Part shown: piece after piece, positions 7,420 to 31,000 of the stretch
How positions within the stretch are numbered: the stretch's first letter is position 1
Layout: each line of letters starts with the position of its first letter
Assembly: GCA_046292385.1 (NCBI GenBank)
Contig: JBKBRF010000001.1
Location: 31,305 to 95,304 of the forward strand
Direction of reading: 5' to 3'
Length of the DNA stretch: 64,000 nt
Source: Armatimonadota bacterium
Lineage (GTDB): Bacteria > Armatimonadota > SYMT01
Position numbers and translations under genes: made by a program
Notes under the pieces: model-generated
The model's database searches: none
What the model saw: the letters and a program-made list of their open reading frames with translations, nothing else
What the model was told of the DNA's origin: nothing

Positions 7420-8202
7420 TCACGCAAGGCGTTGTTCGGCCGGTAATACGCCGGGTCTGCTGCCGGGGAGCCGCAGGCAGCGAGCTAGCCGCAGCGGCGA
7501 TTCCACCGCCAGCGCACCCACGTAGCCGGGGCCGAGGTTCAGCGTCTGGAGCGACCACCGGGAAGGCGCATCAGGGGCGCTTGCACACTGCAGGAGCGCG
7601 GCCGGCTCGTCGGGTGCCACGGAGACCGAAAAGGCGGCCAGCTCTCGGGAGAGGCCGTCTCCCCGCGCCTTGACGTAGGCCTCCTTGCGCGTCCAGCAGT
7701 GGAAAAAGGCGAGCCGGCGTGTCTCCGCGGGAAGTGCTCGGATCGCCGCCGCCTCTGCGGGGGAGAAGTAGCGGTCGGCCAGTTCCTGGTAGGAAAGCTC
7801 GGGCCGGACCTGCTCCACGTCCACCCCCACCGCCCGGCCTCGCGTGAGCGCGATCAGGCCCAGGTCGCCCGAGTGGCTTACGTTGAAGCGGAGGTCGATC
7901 TCTCCCGGGCAGCCCTCCAGCTCCGGCTTTCCGAACGGTCCGTACCGGAAGCGCAGGGTCTCCGGTGCGAGATCCACATACCGGGCCAGGAGGAGGCGCA
8001 GGGTGCCGCGGACGGTGAGATACCGGTGCCGGTCTCTCGCGAAGTGATACCGTCCGGCCCGCTCTCGCTCGTCCGGGGAAAGGACGGCCGCCAGCTCCGG
8101 CGCCGGGGCGTCTTCAGGGATCGCTACCCGCCAGACGAGGACCTCGTTCTCCAAAAGCTCCGGCGGCTCACCGCTCGGCTCCCACGGGATCCCGCCGCTC
8201 AT
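7420..8202 (-). CDS. Sfp/HetI-type 4'-phosphopantetheinyl transferase
   Basis: GKPEL, FNVSHSG, VGVDVE, WTRKEAYVKARGDGL motifs. Confidence 0.95.
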   Translation of the reverse strand: MSGGIPWEPSGEPPELLENEVLVWRVAIPEDAPAPELAAVLSPDERERAGRYHFARDRHRYLTVRGTLRLLLARYVDLAPETLRFRYGPFGKPELEGCPGEIDLRFNVSHSGDLGLIALTRGRAVGVDVEQVRPELSYQELADRYFSPAEAAAIRALPAETRRLAFFHCWTRKEAYVKARGDGLSRELAAFSVSVAPDEPAALLQCASAPDAPSRWSLQTLNLGPGYVGALAVESPLRLARCLRLPGSRPGVLPAEQRLA

Positions 8203-9434
8203 GTCCCGCAGGCCGCTCGCAGCCGCCGCAGCGCCTCCGCGCTCAGGGCCGCGGCTTCTCCCGCCCTCGCCCAGGTGCTCGGAACGTTGAGCATCCAGGA
8301 GAGGCGGTCGCGGTAGGTGACCAGGGAGAGCACCGGACTGTCTACGCGGACCGAGCCCGCTACCCGGATCGTCTCTACCGCCACCGGCCCGATGGCGGGC
8401 GGGAGGTCCACGCGGCCGAGGTTCGAGACGGAGAGGGCCGCCGGCTCCTCCTGTGGAGGCGTGTTGGTGTAGACGGCGCGGACCGACTGCAGCAGCGCGT
8501 CGTACGGCTCGCCGCGTGCGAGGGAGGAGTCCAGCTCGGCGCGGACCTGCCGGGCCAGGTCCCAGAACGGGGCTCCCCCGCCGGCAGCGTGGGTGGTGGT
8601 CACCTGAGAGACGCAGAGCCCGGGGTCGTCCGTGAATGCAGGCTCCACGCGCTCCCGCAAGCTAACGATGTGCCGGCAGCGGGTGGGATCCGGCTCCCCC
8701 TCCGCGAGCGCCAGGAGCCCCGCGGCGCACGCCGCGCCGTGCACGGTCGTCCCCTCCGCCCGGCAGCGAGTGACGATCGCCGACGTGACCTCCGGCGGGA
8801 GTAACTGCTGGTGAACCCGGGTGGGGCCGACGGCAGGCAGGTGCGCCGCCAGCTGCTCGGCGCTCCAGCCCGCCAGCCGCCGGGTCGTCTCGCGGCTCCA
8901 CCACGCGCCCAGCTGCTCCGCCCCGTCCGGGGAGCCGAAGGCGTCCGGGGGCACCAGCTCTTCGAACGCCGGGGGCTCCGGCCGGGGCGGGAGTGAGGCG
9001 CCGGAGAGCAGCGAGAGCAGGTCGCGGAGCAGCATGACGCTCGCTCCGCCGTCCGCCGCGAGGTGCGAGAAGCTGAGGAGCAGGTCGCTGGTCCCCTCAC
9101 CCGGGAGCAGCGCCGCGCGCCAGAGCGGCCCGGTGAGGAGCGGGACGGGGGTCGAAAGCTCCTCCTGAAAGAGCGCCGGCCAATGATCCTCGCCGTCGCG
9201 GGAGACAATGCGGAGCGGGATCTCCAGGTTCTCGGCCGGCGCGAACCGCACGCGTCCCTCCTGGACTACCCGGGACCGCAAGACGGGGTGCCGGTCTCCC
9301 AGCCGGGACAGGGCGGTCGCCAGCGCCGCACCGTCTATCTCTCCACGCAGGCGCGCGGCGAGTACCGTGTTGAACGCCCCTCGCTGCTCGAAGAGCCAGT
9401 AGGCGTACTCCTCCGGCCCGAGAAGGCGGTTCAC
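8199..9434 (-). CDS. Stand-alone condensation-like / PapA5-type acyltransferase
   Basis: RHPVLRS, PLWRAALL, SHLAADG (HxxxDG), CRAEGTTV, VSNLGRV; translationally coupled to neighbours. Confidence 0.8.
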   Translation of the reverse strand: MNRLLGPEEYAYWLFEQRGAFNTVLAARLRGEIDGAALATALSRLGDRHPVLRSRVVQEGRVRFAPAENLEIPLRIVSRDGEDHWPALFQEELSTPVPLLTGPLWRAALLPGEGTSDLLLSFSHLAADGGASVMLLRDLLSLLSGASLPPRPEPPAFEELVPPDAFGSPDGAEQLGAWWSRETTRRLAGWSAEQLAAHLPAVGPTRVHQQLLPPEVTSAIVTRCRAEGTTVHGAACAAGLLALAEGEPDPTRCRHIVSLRERVEPAFTDDPGLCVSQVTTTHAAGGGAPFWDLARQVRAELDSSLARGEPYDALLQSVRAVYTNTPPQEEPAALSVSNLGRVDLPPAIGPVAVETIRVAGSVRVDSPVLSLVTYRDRLSWMLNVPSTWARAGEAAALSAEALRRLRAACGT

Positions 9435-10677
9435 GAGGCGCCTCCCGTCTCCACTTCCAGGCGATGGAGCCCCCGAACGATGATGCTCTGCTGCCGTTCG
9501 AAGCCCCGCAGCACCATCCGCGGGAGCCGCTCCAGCAAGATTTGGAGCGCGATCTGCGCCTCGAGCCGGCCCAGGCGCAGCCCGACGCAGGTGTGCAGCC
9601 CGTGTCCGAACGCCAGGTGCCGGGATGGCGGCCGGGTGATGTCAAAGCGATCGGGATCGAGGAAAACGGCCGGGTCCCGGTTCGCCGCACCCAGGCCGAA
9701 CGCTACTACCTGCCCGCGCCGGATCGCGGCGCCGGCGATCTCCGCGTCGTCCAGCGCATACCGGAACGCAATCTGCTGGGGGCTCTCGAAGCGCAGGATC
9801 TCCTCCACGGCGGCCTGCAGGAGCGCCGGCTCCCGCCGCAGCCGCCGGAGCTGGTCCGGGTGCTGGAGCAGCGCCAGGACCCCGTTTCCGAGCGTATGGG
9901 TGGTCGCTTCGTGGCCGGCGTAAAGCAGCAGCACGCAGTTGGCGGCCAGCTCGTCGGTGGTCAGCCGCTGCTCTCCATCCCGCGCTGCGATCAGGGCGCC
10001 GAGCAGGTTGTCCCGCGGGGAGCGGGTCTGCTCCGCGGCGAGGGCGCGGAAGTAGTCGAGGAAGAAGGTGGTGATCTTGGCCGCGCGCCGGAGGTGCTCG
10101 TCGGTGCGGGTCAGGTCGAGAGCCAGTATCACCTGGCGGAACAGCTCGCGCAGGCGCGGGTAGTCGGTCTCCGGCACGCCGAGCAGCTCGCTCACCAGCA
10201 GGAGCGGCAGCGGGTAGGCGAAGTCGCCGATCAGGTCGAGCGTCTCCCGGCCATCCGCGGCATCGAGGAGCTGGTGCGAGAGCGCCGCAATCCGCGGCCG
10301 GACGCGTTCCAGCACGGTCGCATCGAGCGCGCGGGAGACGAGGCGCCGGAGCCGGCCGTGGTCCGGCGGGTCCTTGAAGAGCATCCAGTGCGCCAGCATC
10401 TCGGTGAGCGGGCGGTGCTCGGGCGGAGTCGGGGGCAGGGAGCCGGGCGGGAGGGCCCGCTCCACCTCTCGCCCGAACTGGGGCGCCTTCAGCCCGGCGA
10501 CCACGTCCGCGTGCCGCGAGACGAACCAGAACCCCCAGAAGCCGGGCACCGGCGCGGCGGCCCACGCTGCCGGCGCCTCCGCCTGCAGGCGCCGGTAGGT
10601 GGCGTACGGGTCCTCCCGGAACTCCGGGGAGAGCGGGTGGAAGCTGGCGCGGGTGCCGGCAGGCGAGGACGGAGCGC

Positions 10678-10681
<4 letters not shown>
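9431..10681 (-). CDS. Cytochrome P450 (CYP107/BioI-like)
   Basis: DPPDHGRLR, AGHEATT I-helix, EEILR (ExxR), AANRDP, FGHGLHTCVG heme ligand. Confidence 0.96.
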
Positions 10682-21474
<10,793 letters not shown>

Positions 21475-21499
21475 CGGTTCAGGCGGCGGGGAATCGGGA

Positions 21500-24400
21500 C
21501 TAGAGGTCGTCGATCAGAGCCTTCAGCTCATTCTCGATCAGCAGTTGCGCGGCTTCGTCCGTAAAGCCCTCGATCTCGGAGAGATCGGCGGCCTCGATCT
21601 CCGGCCTTTCGACGGCTCCGGACGCCGCGAAGCCGAGGAGGTCGTTCTCCAGGTGATCGGTCAGCGCGGCCAGCGTCGGGTAGTTGAAGAGGAGCGTGGC
21701 CGGCAGCTCGATCCCGATCGCCTTACCCAGCGCGTTCCGGAGGTCCAGCGCCATCAGCGAGTCGAGGCCCAGCTCGCTCAGCGGCTGCTCGGCGTCGATC
21801 GTCTGGCGGCGGTCTAGCCCCAGCACCGCGGAGGTGACGCCGTGGACGAAGGAGGCGAGGCTCCCGCGCCGCGCCTCCGGAGAACGGGCGCGCAGCTCTT
21901 CGATGTTCAGCACGGGCGCGGCTCCGGCCGGGGCACGGGATGCCGGGCCGACCGGCGCCAGCACGGAGTAGAAGGGCGGAAAGTTTCCTGCGGGGTAGCC
22001 GGAGAGGAAGCGCTGCCAGTGGATCGGGATCACCGCCGCCTGCGGCAGCTCGCCTTCCATCAGGTGGCCCAGCGCGGCGAACCCGGCTTCCGGGGGAATC
22101 AGCCCCACGCCCTGCCGCTGCATCCGGCTCTCCACCCGGCGCTCCGCCACTGCGCCGATCTCCGCCCACGCGCCCCAGTTCACGCTGAGGCCGGGCAGCC
22201 CGAGGCCCCGGCGATAGTGCGCCAGCGCGTCGAGGTAAGCGTTGGCCGCGGCGTGGTTCGCCTGGCCGGAGTAGCCGAGGAGCGAGGCGGAGGTGGAGAA
22301 GAGGACGAAGTGGTCGAGCTCGCGGGTCAGGGTCAGCTCGTGGAGGTGCGTCGCACCGTCGACCTTCGGCGCGAAGACGGCGCGCAGGCTCTCGCCGTCC
22401 TGCTGCAGCACCACCCGGTCCTGGAGCGACCCTGCGAGGTGGAAGACTCCCCGGAGCGGAAGCATCGCCGTGTCGATCCGCTGCAGGACCTCCTGCAGCG
22501 CCTCGCGGGAGGCGACGTCCGCCTCGAACTGCTCGACGTCGCAGCCCCATTCCTCACGCAGCTCGGCGATGCCGGCCAGCACCTCCGCAGCGGGCGCGCG
22601 GCGGCTCACCAGCGCGAGGGAGCGTGCCCCGCGCTCCGCCAGCCAGCGGGCGAGGGGGAGTCCGAGGCCGCCGGAGGCGCCGGTGATCAGGTAGGTAGCG
22701 TCCGCCCGGAAGGCGGTCTCTCGCACTTCCGCGGCGGGGACTCGCTCCAGCCGGGCGGCGTGCCGGAGGCCGCCGCGGTAGGCGACTTCCACGTCCCGGT
22801 CATCCGTCCCGATCTCCCGCAGGAGTGCCGCGGCCTGCGCGTCGTCCACGGCCGACGGATCCAGGTCTACCCGGACGCACTGCAGCTCCGGGTGCTCCAG
22901 CGCCAGCACCTTGCCCAGGCCCCACAGCGCCGCGCCGCCGGGCGCGGGGAGGGAGTCCGCTGCCGGCTGTGCGCCCCGCGTCACGAGCCAGAGGCGCGAC
23001 GCGCCGCCGCGGAGCATCGCCTGCGCCAGCTCCAGCGCGCCCGCGGCGAGCCGCTCCGGATCGGTATCGTCGAGGGCGCGGAAGTCCACCACGCCGGCGA
23101 GAGTGCCGGCACCGATCTCCTGCTCCAGCGCTTCGGGGGGCGCTTCCGCCGGAGCGAGCACCCGGCACCCGGCGCCAGTCTCCGTGAGCCGGCTCGTAAA
23201 CACCCGGGCCGCGGGATCGGAACCGGCGATCACCAGCCAGCGGCCCTCGGCTACCGCCGGCTCGGCGGAGGCCACCAGGATCGCCTGCTCCGGGTCGTCC
23301 GGTGCGTCGGAAACCGCGGCAGCCGCGTAGCCGCACTCGCGGAGGAGCGGCAGCCACTGCTCCAGGCGGAGGAGCGGATGACCCGCGCGGAGGGTCCGGT
23401 CGCTGAACCGCCACCAGCCTTCGGTGAGGCCGAAGACGAGGTCGGACCAGCGGCGCGGCTTGACCCCTTCCACGGCGAGGAGCAGCCCTCCCGGGCGCAG
23501 CAGGCGCCGCACGTGCGCCAGGCTCGACCGGAGATCGGCGGTCGCGTGGAGGACGTTGGAAGCAAGGACGAGGTCGAAGCCGCCCGCCTCGAAGCCCTGC
23601 TCCTCCGGTGCCCGCTCCAGGTCGAGGCGCTGGAAGGTGACGAAGGGGTAGAGGGAAAACTGGCGCTGTGCCTGGGCGAGGAAGGCGGGGGAGACGTCGG
23701 TGAAGACGTACTCCGTGCGCTCCGGCGGCAGGAGCGGCAGCACGGAAGCGGTAGTGCCTCCGGTGCCGGCGCCCACCTCGAGCACCCGCAGCCGCCCGTC
23801 CGGCGGGAGCGACTCCAGCGCCCGGCGGAACGTCGCCTCGATGATCCCGTTCAACAGCCGCGCGAACGGAGCATCGCGGTAGACGCTGCCCTGCTCCTCC
23901 GGGGGGAACAGGAGCGGCAGCGGATCCTGCTCGCCCCGCAGCACGCGCGCGAGGCCGGCGCCGCAGCGCCCCACCAGCTCGATCTCCACCGCGCACTCGG
24001 GGAAGCGCTCCCGCAGCTCCTGCAGCCGTCGGTGCGGATCCCGCGGCCCGAGCCCGGTCGTCGCTACCCAACTCTCCGGACCGCGCGGCTCCAGCAGCCC
24101 GTCCTCTTCCAGGAACCCGCAGAGGCGGCGGAAGAGATCCTGGTGGCGCGGGGCGATGCCGAGGCGCGACTCCACGTCGGCGAGATCAAGCTCCCGCCCG
24201 GGTTCGATCCCGAGCTCCCGGAACGCCTGTACGGCGAAATCGGTCGCCAGCACTTCCAGCTCCGGTCCCAGCGGCATCAGGCGCGCCAGGTCCAGCTCCT
24301 CGCGGAGACGGGGGACTAACGGCGCGACCGCCTCCGACAGCGCCGCGGCGGGGGGCAGGGGGGCGCCGCCGGCGGGATGCCAGCCCGGGGCATACAGCCA

Positions 24401-27400
24401 CTCAGTGAAGGACGAGGACCCCGCCAGCGCCTCGCGGCTCGTCCGCTTCAGGTGGAGCCCCTCGACCTCCGCCAGCACGGCCCCCTCTGCCGTCAGCAGC
24501 GTCAGGTCCCCGGTAGCGATCTCCCCCGAACCTTCCGTCGACCGTACGCGGACGTGGCACCAGAACGCCTTTCCGGGGCGCGCGTAGAAGGAGAGCCGGT
24601 CGACCATCAGCGGCAGGAAGCTCGCCTCCATCTCGCTGCCCGCATGCGCGGCGCCGAACGCCTGGAAGCAGGCGTCGAGGATCGCGGGATGGATCGGATA
24701 GCTCTCCGTCTCCGCGGCGATCGTCTCCGGCACCCGGATCTCGACCAGCGCCTCCCGGTCGCCGCGCCAGAGGGCGTGTATCCCGTGGAAGCTGGGCCCC
24801 AGGTGGATGCCGCCGCTGTCCAGCAGCCGCCGGAGCGCCGCCGGGCCGTCCGGATCGGCCTGGCAGCGAGCGCGGATCGCCTCCAGCGATCGCGGGGCGG
24901 GCGGCGCGGCGGCGGTGACCGTGCCGGAGGCGTGCCGGACCCACTCGCCGTCCGGCTCCTTGCTGAACAGCTCGAAGCTGCCGCCTGCGTCCGCGGGACG
25001 GTAGATGAGCTGGACGGCCCGTCCCTCTTCCGGCACGATGAGCGGCGCGGCGAATACCACGTCCTTGAGCGCGTGGGCACCGGGGCCGGCGCATTCACCC
25101 GCCGCCAGCAGCCCCATCACCAGGTGAGAGGCGCCGGGGACCAGGACCTGGTCGAAGACGACGTGGTCGGCCAGGAACGGGAGGGCGTCGGTGTCGAGCC
25201 GCCCCTCGAAGAGCGCCTCCGGAAGGGCGGAGTCGATCCGGCGCCCGAGGAGCGGGTGCCCTCCGTGGACCGCAGCCGCGGAGACCGGCCGCGCGGCCTC
25301 GGGCCAGTAGCGGGCGCGCTCGAACGGGTAGAGCGGCAGGGAGACCTTACGACGGGGGCGGCCGGAGTCGAGTGCCGCCAGGTCGAGCGCCGCCCCGCGC
25401 TCGAAGAGCGTGCCGAGACCCTGCAGGAGCGTGCGCCAGTCGTCCACCCCGCGCCGCAGCGAGGCGATCCAGGTGCCGCCCTCGACCGACTGCGCCCCCA
25501 GGCGGCACAGAACCGGCTGCGGTCCGATCTCGAGGAAGGTATCGCACTCGCGCCGGGCGAGCTCGCGCACGCCGTCCATGAACCGTACCGACTCGGAGGC
25601 GTGCTGCCGCCAGTATGCCGCGTCGAACCTCCGGGTCGGGAGCGCGGTCAGGTTCGAGACGACCGGAATCCGCGCCTCGCGGTAGGTGATCTCCCCCGCC
25701 GCCCGCTCGAAGCGGTCGAGCATTGGGTCGAGCAGCCGGGAATGGAAGGCGTGCGAGACCTGGAGCGGCTGCGACTCGATCCCCTCCCGCCGCAGCAGGG
25801 TCAGCACCCGCTCCACGGCGGCGCGCTCGCCGGTGATCACCGTGTTCGCGGGCGAGTTGAGGGCGGCGAGCTGCACCTGCCGCTCGGCGGTCCGCTCCAG
25901 CACTTCCCGCACGCGGTCCGCCTCCGCGAAGGCGGCGGCCATGGCGCCGTGCGGGGGCAGCTCCTGCATCAAGCGGCCCCGCTCCGCCACCAGACGGATC
26001 CCTTCCTCCAGGTCGAACACGCCCGCCACGCACGCGGCGACGTACTCTCCGAGGCTGTGGCCGATCACCGCCTCCGGCTCGACGCCCCACGCGCGCCACA
26101 GTTCCGCGAGGGCAAGCTCCAGGGCGAAAAGCGCCGGCTGGGCGAAGCGCGTCTCGTGCAGGCGCTCGTCGTTCTCGGCAAGGAGTGAGAGCAGCGGCAC
26201 GGGGAGACGGCCGTCCAGGGCTGCCGCGCAGCGGTCCAGCACGGCGCGGAACCGCGGCTCCGTCTCGTAGAGCTCGCGCGCCATCCCCGGATACTGCGCC
26301 CCCTGGCCGGTGAACAGGAAGGCGACACGCGGTGTATCGCGGTGCGGAGCGGCCGCGCCCGCCGCACGCGCCTCCAGCTCCTTCGCCGCCTCGTCGGCGG
26401 TCGCCGCCGTCACCGCCAGGCGGTAGGGCAGGTGGGCGCGGCCGGTGTTCGCGGTGTGGCAGAGGTCCGGGAATGACTGCGGCGGGCGGCTTCGGAGCAG
26501 CGCGCGGTACTCGCCGGCGAGCTGCTCCAGCGCCCGGCCGCTGCGAGCGGAGAGGCAGAGGAGCTGCGCGGACCGGTCCGGGCCGTCCGGAGAGGCCGGC
26601 TCGGGCTCGGCGGCCGGAGCCTCTTCGATCAGCAGGTGCGCGTTGGTGCCGCTGAAGCCGAACGAGCTGACGCCCGCGATCCGGGGTCTGCCGCCCGTCT
26701 CCCACGCGACCGGCGCGGTCGGAATACGCAGGGGGAAGCCGCCGAGCTCGATGTGCGGGTTCAGCTCCCGGAAGTGGAGGTGCGGCGGGATCTCGCGGTG
26801 CTGCAGGGCGAGGACCGTCTTGATGAGCCCCGCGATGCCGGCCGCCGACTCGAGATGGCCGATGTTCGTCTTCACCGAGCCGAGATGGAAGGGGCGGCTC
26901 TCGTCCCGGCCCGAGTAGGCGCGGGTGAGCGCGCGGACTTCGATCGGATCGCCCAGCGCGGTGCCGGTCCCGTGCGCTTCCACGTAGCTCACGTCGGCGG
27001 CGTCGAGCCGCGCGGTCTCCAGCGCGCGCCGGATCAGCGCCTCCTGCGCGGGGCCATTGGGAGCGGTGAGCCCGCTGCTCCGCCCGTCCTGGTTTACGGC
27101 GGAGCCCCGGATCACCGCCAGGACGCGGTCGCCATCCTTCTGGGCCGCGGAAAGGGTCTTGAGCACCACCACTCCGCAGCCCTCGCCGCGCACGTAGCCG
27201 TCCGCGGCGGCGTCGAAGGTCTTACAGCGACCGTCCGCCGCCAGCATCCGCGCCCTGGAGAAGTTGATGCTCAGCTCCGGGCTGAGGATCAGGTTCACGC
27301 CCGCCGCGAGGGCGACGGAGCACTCGCCGCTCCGGAGGCTCTGCGCCGCGAGGTGGACCGCCACCAGCGACGAGGAGCAGGCGGTATCCACGCTCATGCA

Positions 27401-28018
27401 CGGCCCGGTCAGCCCGAGGCTGTAGGCGATCCGTCCCGCCGCCACGCTGCCGGCGTTGCCGAGACTGGTGTGGGACTCGATCCAGGTGGAGTCGCCGGGC
27501 CGGGAGAGCAGCGCGGCGTAATCGAAGGTGCTGATCCCGACAAAGACTCCCGCGGAGGCGCCGAAGAGCCGGTCCGGCGAGAGGCCCGCGTCTTCCAGCG
27601 CGTGCCAGGCAACCTCCAGCAACAGGCGCTGCTGGGGGTCGATGCTGACCGCCTCGCGTGGGGAGATCCCGAAGAACGCGGCGTCGAACCGGTCGACTCC
27701 GGAGAGAAACCCGCCCCAGCGGCTGCTCATCTTTCCGGGCGCGTCCGGATCGGGATCGTAGTAGGCGTCGATGTCCCAGCGGTCGCGCGGGACGGTGGTC
27801 ACGCCGGTGCCGCCGGAGCGCAGCAGCTCCCAGAACTGCTCCGGACCGTCCGCCCCACCGGGGAAGTGGCAGCCGAGGCCGACGATGGCGATCGGCTCGA
27901 AACGCGCTCGCTCCGCGGCTTCGAGCCGGGTGCGGAGGTCCTTGACCGCGAAGAGCGCCCGCCGGAGGGCCGCCTCATCCGCGCTCGGCGTCTCTCCGGG
28001 CAGATCAGTAGCCCCCAC
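21500..28018 (-). CDS. PKS module: KS-AT(malonyl)-DH-cMT-KR-ACP
   Basis: DTACSSS; GHSLG and [37 protein letters not shown] start 28018 with GAGGAG upstream, overlapping the previous stop. Confidence 0.95.
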   Translation of the reverse strand: MGATDLPGETPSADEAALRRALFAVKDLRTRLEAAERARFEPIAIVGLGCHFPGGADGPEQFWELLRSGGTGVTTVPRDRWDIDAYYDPDPDAPGKMSSRWGGFLSGVDRFDAAFFGISPREAVSIDPQQRLLLEVAWHALEDAGLSPDRLFGASAGVFVGISTFDYAALLSRPGDSTWIESHTSLGNAGSVAAGRIAYSLGLTGPCMSVDTACSSSLVAVHLAAQSLRSGECSVALAAGVNLILSPELSINFSRARMLAADGRCKTFDAAADGYVRGEGCGVVVLKTLSAAQKDGDRVLAVIRGSAVNQDGRSSGLTAPNGPAQEALIRRALETARLDAADVSYVEAHGTGTALGDPIEVRALTRAYSGRDESRPFHLGSVKTNIGHLESAAGIAGLIKTVLALQHREIPPHLHFRELNPHIELGGFPLRIPTAPVAWETGGRPRIAGVSSFGFSGTNAHLLIEEAPAAEPEPASPDGPDRSAQLLCLSARSGRALEQLAGEYRALLRSRPPQSFPDLCHTANTGRAHLPYRLAVTAATADEAAKELEARAAGAAAPHRDTPRVAFLFTGQGAQYPGMARELYETEPRFRAVLDRCAAALDGRLPVPLLSLLAENDERLHETRFAQPALFALELALAELWRAWGVEPEAVIGHSLGEYVAACVAGVFDLEEGIRLVAERGRLMQELPPHGAMAAAFAEADRVREVLERTAERQVQLAALNSPANTVITGERAAVERVLTLLRREGIESQPLQVSHAFHSRLLDPMLDRFERAAGEITYREARIPVVSNLTALPTRRFDAAYWRQHASESVRFMDGVRELARRECDTFLEIGPQPVLCRLGAQSVEGGTWIASLRRGVDDWRTLLQGLGTLFERGAALDLAALDSGRPRRKVSLPLYPFERARYWPEAARPVSAAAVHGGHPLLGRRIDSALPEALFEGRLDTDALPFLADHVVFDQVLVPGASHLVMGLLAAGECAGPGAHALKDVVFAAPLIVPEEGRAVQLIYRPADAGGSFELFSKEPDGEWVRHASGTVTAAAPPAPRSLEAIRARCQADPDGPAALRRLLDSGGIHLGPSFHGIHALWRGDREALVEIRVPETIAAETESYPIHPAILDACFQAFGAAHAGSEMEASFLPLMVDRLSFYARPGKAFWCHVRVRSTEGSGEIATGDLTLLTAEGAVLAEVEGLHLKRTSREALAGSSSFTEWLYAPGWHPAGGAPLPPAAALSEAVAPLVPRLREELDLARLMPLGPELEVLATDFAVQAFRELGIEPGRELDLADVESRLGIAPRHQDLFRRLCGFLEEDGLLEPRGPESWVATTGLGPRDPHRRLQELRERFPECAVEIELVGRCGAGLARVLRGEQDPLPLLFPPEEQGSVYRDAPFARLLNGIIEATFRRALESLPPDGRLRVLEVGAGTGGTTASVLPLLPPERTEYVFTDVSPAFLAQAQRQFSLYPFVTFQRLDLERAPEEQGFEAGGFDLVLASNVLHATADLRSSLAHVRRLLRPGGLLLAVEGVKPRRWSDLVFGLTEGWWRFSDRTLRAGHPLLRLEQWLPLLRECGYAAAAVSDAPDDPEQAILVASAEPAVAEGRWLVIAGSDPAARVFTSRLTETGAGCRVLAPAEAPPEALEQEIGAGTLAGVVDFRALDDTDPERLAAGALELAQAMLRGGASRLWLVTRGAQPAADSLPAPGGAALWGLGKVLALEHPELQCVRVDLDPSAVDDAQAAALLREIGTDDRDVEVAYRGGLRHAARLERVPAAEVRETAFRADATYLITGASGGLGLPLARWLAERGARSLALVSRRAPAAEVLAGIAELREEWGCDVEQFEADVASREALQEVLQRIDTAMLPLRGVFHLAGSLQDRVVLQQDGESLRAVFAPKVDGATHLHELTLTRELDHFVLFSTSASLLGYSGQANHAAANAYLDALAHYRRGLGLPGLSVNWGAWAEIGAVAERRVESRMQRQGVGLIPPEAGFAALGHLMEGELPQAAVIPIHWQRFLSGYPAGNFPPFYSVLAPVGPASRAPAGAAPVLNIEELRARSPEARRGSLASFVHGVTSAVLGLDRRQTIDAEQPLSELGLDSLMALDLRNALGKAIGIELPATLLFNYPTLAALTDHLENDLLGFAASGAVERPEIEAADLSEIEGFTDEAAQLLIENELKALIDDL

Positions 28019-31000
28019 GGCGCAGCTCCTCTTCCAGCTCGCTGAGCAGCGTGTCGCCGCGGAGGGAGTCGCTCTCGACGACGGGGGCGGGAGCCTCCGG
28101 AGCACTCGCCGGAGCGAGCGCCTCCGCGACGAACTGGGCCAGGCTCTCCAGGGTGGGGTAGTCGAACAGGAGCCCCGCCGGGAGGGCGTGCCCCATCGCC
28201 TCCTGCAGCGCGTTCCGGACCTCCAGCGCCATCAGGGAGTCGAGCCCGAGATCGTGGAAGGAGCGGCGCGGGTCGAGCGGGAGGTCGCCGAGGCCGAGGA
28301 CCCGGGAGACGATCTTCCGCACCTCCTCCCGCACCCGGCCGGAGCGCTCCCCCTCCGTCATTCCCGCCAACTGGTCCGCCAGGCTGCTCTGCTTCTGTGG
28401 GTCCGGCGCGGAGGCGCTGCGGCCGCCCGGAACGACGCAGACCTGCGGTGCGGGCTCTCGCAGGAGGCGGTCCAGGAGGGCCAGGCCCTCTCCGACTTCC
28501 AGCGCGGCATGGTCGACGGCGGCTCGTCCGGCCATGCCGGAGCCGGCCCACGCCGGCCAGTTGATCGAGAGCGCCGGCAGGCCGAGTGTGCGGCGGTGCC
28601 ACGCGAGAGCGTCGAGATAGGCGTTTGCCGCCGAGTAGGGAGCCTGGCCCGCGGAACCGACCACGGAAGCGAGCGACGAGTACATCACGAAGAAGTCGAG
28701 TGAGCGGCCGAGCGTCGCCCGGTGCAGGTTCCAGGCACCGCGGACCTTCGGAGCCATGACAGACGCGAGGCGAGAAGGGGTTTGCTGGACGAGGATGCCG
28801 TCGTCCAGAACGCCTGCCGCGTGGACGATGCCGGCCAGCGGTTGCCGCAGCGACGAGAGGACGCGATCCACGTCCCCCGGCAGCGAGACGTCCGCCCGTG
28901 CTACCTGGACCTTCGCTCCGGCCTCGTTCAGTTCCTCCAGAACCTGGCGAGCGGCAGCCGAGGGAGCGCTGCGGCCCACCAGGGTGAGGTGCCGCGCCCC
29001 CTTTCGGACCATCCAGCGGGCGGTCTCCAGACCCAGCGCGCCGAGGCCGCCGGTGATCAGGTACTCGGCTTCGGGCCGGAAGGCAGTCTGGACGAGCACG
29101 ATCTTGCCGATGTGCCGCGCCTGCTCCATAAAGCGGAACGCGCTCTCCGCATCTTCCAGCGGAAACGAGCGGGAGGGGAGGGGCTGGAGCTGTCCGGACG
29201 CGATCTCCCGGGTGAGGGTCCGCAGCCATTCGCCTACCGTCGCCGGGTCGGAGAGGATCTGCGCGTCGAGGGCGACGGTGTGGAACCGGACGTCCGCCCG
29301 ATAAGCGGCGGCCTGGGTATCGTCCCAGATTCCCGCCTTCCCGATCTCCAGGAAGCACCCGCCGGGCCGCAGCACGTCGAACCCGTGCCGGATCGCCTCG
29401 CCGGAGAGGCAATTCAGCACGACGTCGACCCCGTCCCCGGTGATCGACCGAATCTCCGTCGCGAATTCCAGGCTCCGCGAGTCGCCCACGTAGGCCACCC
29501 CGAGCCCGCGGAGGTACTCCCGCTTCTCCGGGCTGCCGGCGGTGGCGAAGACCTCGGCGCCGACCTGCTGCGCCATCCGCACGGCAGCCAGGCCCACTCC
29601 TCCGGCGGCGGCGTGGATCAGCACCCGCTGCCCCGGCCGGAGGCCGGCGAAGTGGCGGAGCGCGTACCGGGCGGTGAGGAACGCTACCGGCGTCGACGCC
29701 GCCTCGGCGAAGCTGAGGCCGTCCGGGAGAGGGGCGACCAGCTCCGCCGAGGCGACCGCATAGGTGGCGAAGCTGCGCGGCGTGACCGCCACCACCGGCT
29801 GACCGGGAGCGAGTCCCAGCACCCCGCGGCCGACCCGCATGATCACTCCCGCGCACTCGATGCCCGGCTCCCCCGCGTTGCCCGGATAGGCCCCGAGCAC
29901 GTTCATTACGTCGCGGAAGTTGAGGCCGGTGGCGTGGACGCGGATCTCCACCTCGTCTGCGGCGAGCTCCCGGCGAGGCTCCGGCACCCACTCGAGCCCG
30001 GACAGCGTTCCACGCCGGGCGATCCGCAGCGCCGCGGGCCCGTCCGGCAGGCTTCCAGCCCCCGCAGCGTCTGCGGTCCGCGGCGCGAGGCGTGGGAGAT
30101 ACCGGCTTCCTCCACGAAGGGCCACCTCCGGCGCGGACCGGGACAGCTCCGCGACCAGGTCCTCGATGCCGGGATCAGCCGCGTCGAGATCGATCCGGCG
30201 GCACCCCAGTTCCGGGTGCTCCAGAGCAATTACCGAGCCGATTCCCCACAGCGGCGCCTGCCGGAGACCGGGGAGATCCCCGGAGCCGACCGGGCGCGCG
30301 CCGCGCGTGACCACCACCAGCCGCGGCGGGGTCTTCCACCGCAGCAGCGCCTGGACGCTCCGCAGCAGATCGGCGCAGAGAGCCTCCGGCTCCCCCTCGT
30401 CGAGCCCGCGCAGGTAGAGGATCCCGTCGCTCGACGCGCTCGCCAGCTCTTCGTCCTCCCGCAGCACCCGCGCCTCCGTCCCCCGGGTGCGTAGAGCCTC
30501 GATGATCCTCGCTCCGAGTCCCCCGCGGTCGGGCAGGACCAGCCAGGCGCCGACTTCCACCGGCGCCCCGGTGTCCTCCATGGGTGCGGGCTCCCACACC
30601 ATATCGTGAAGCGTCGCCGGCTGCTGCCTGGTGCGGACCGGGAGGAGGCGCAAGCCTTCGATCGCCGCGACCGCCTCGCCGGCGGAACCGAACAGCTCGA
30701 GGTCGGCTGTGATGGCGCCCGCCTCCCGCAGCCGCACCCGGCACCAGACCTCTCTCCCCGCAGATCGGAAGAGGCGTGCCCGATCGATGCCGGCCGGGAG
30801 GTAGTCGCCCTCGCTCTCCCGCCCCCAGAGCGCCGCCCCGACCGCCTGCAGGCAGCCGTCGAGCAGAGCCGGGTGGAGGTGGTAGCCGCTGGGGTCCAGG
30901 CTCTCCGGCAGGACGACGCGCGCCAGCGCTTCGTCCTCGCCCCGCCGCAGCTCGGTGAGGGTCCGGAACGACGGGCCATACTCGAATCCCTGCCGGGCGA

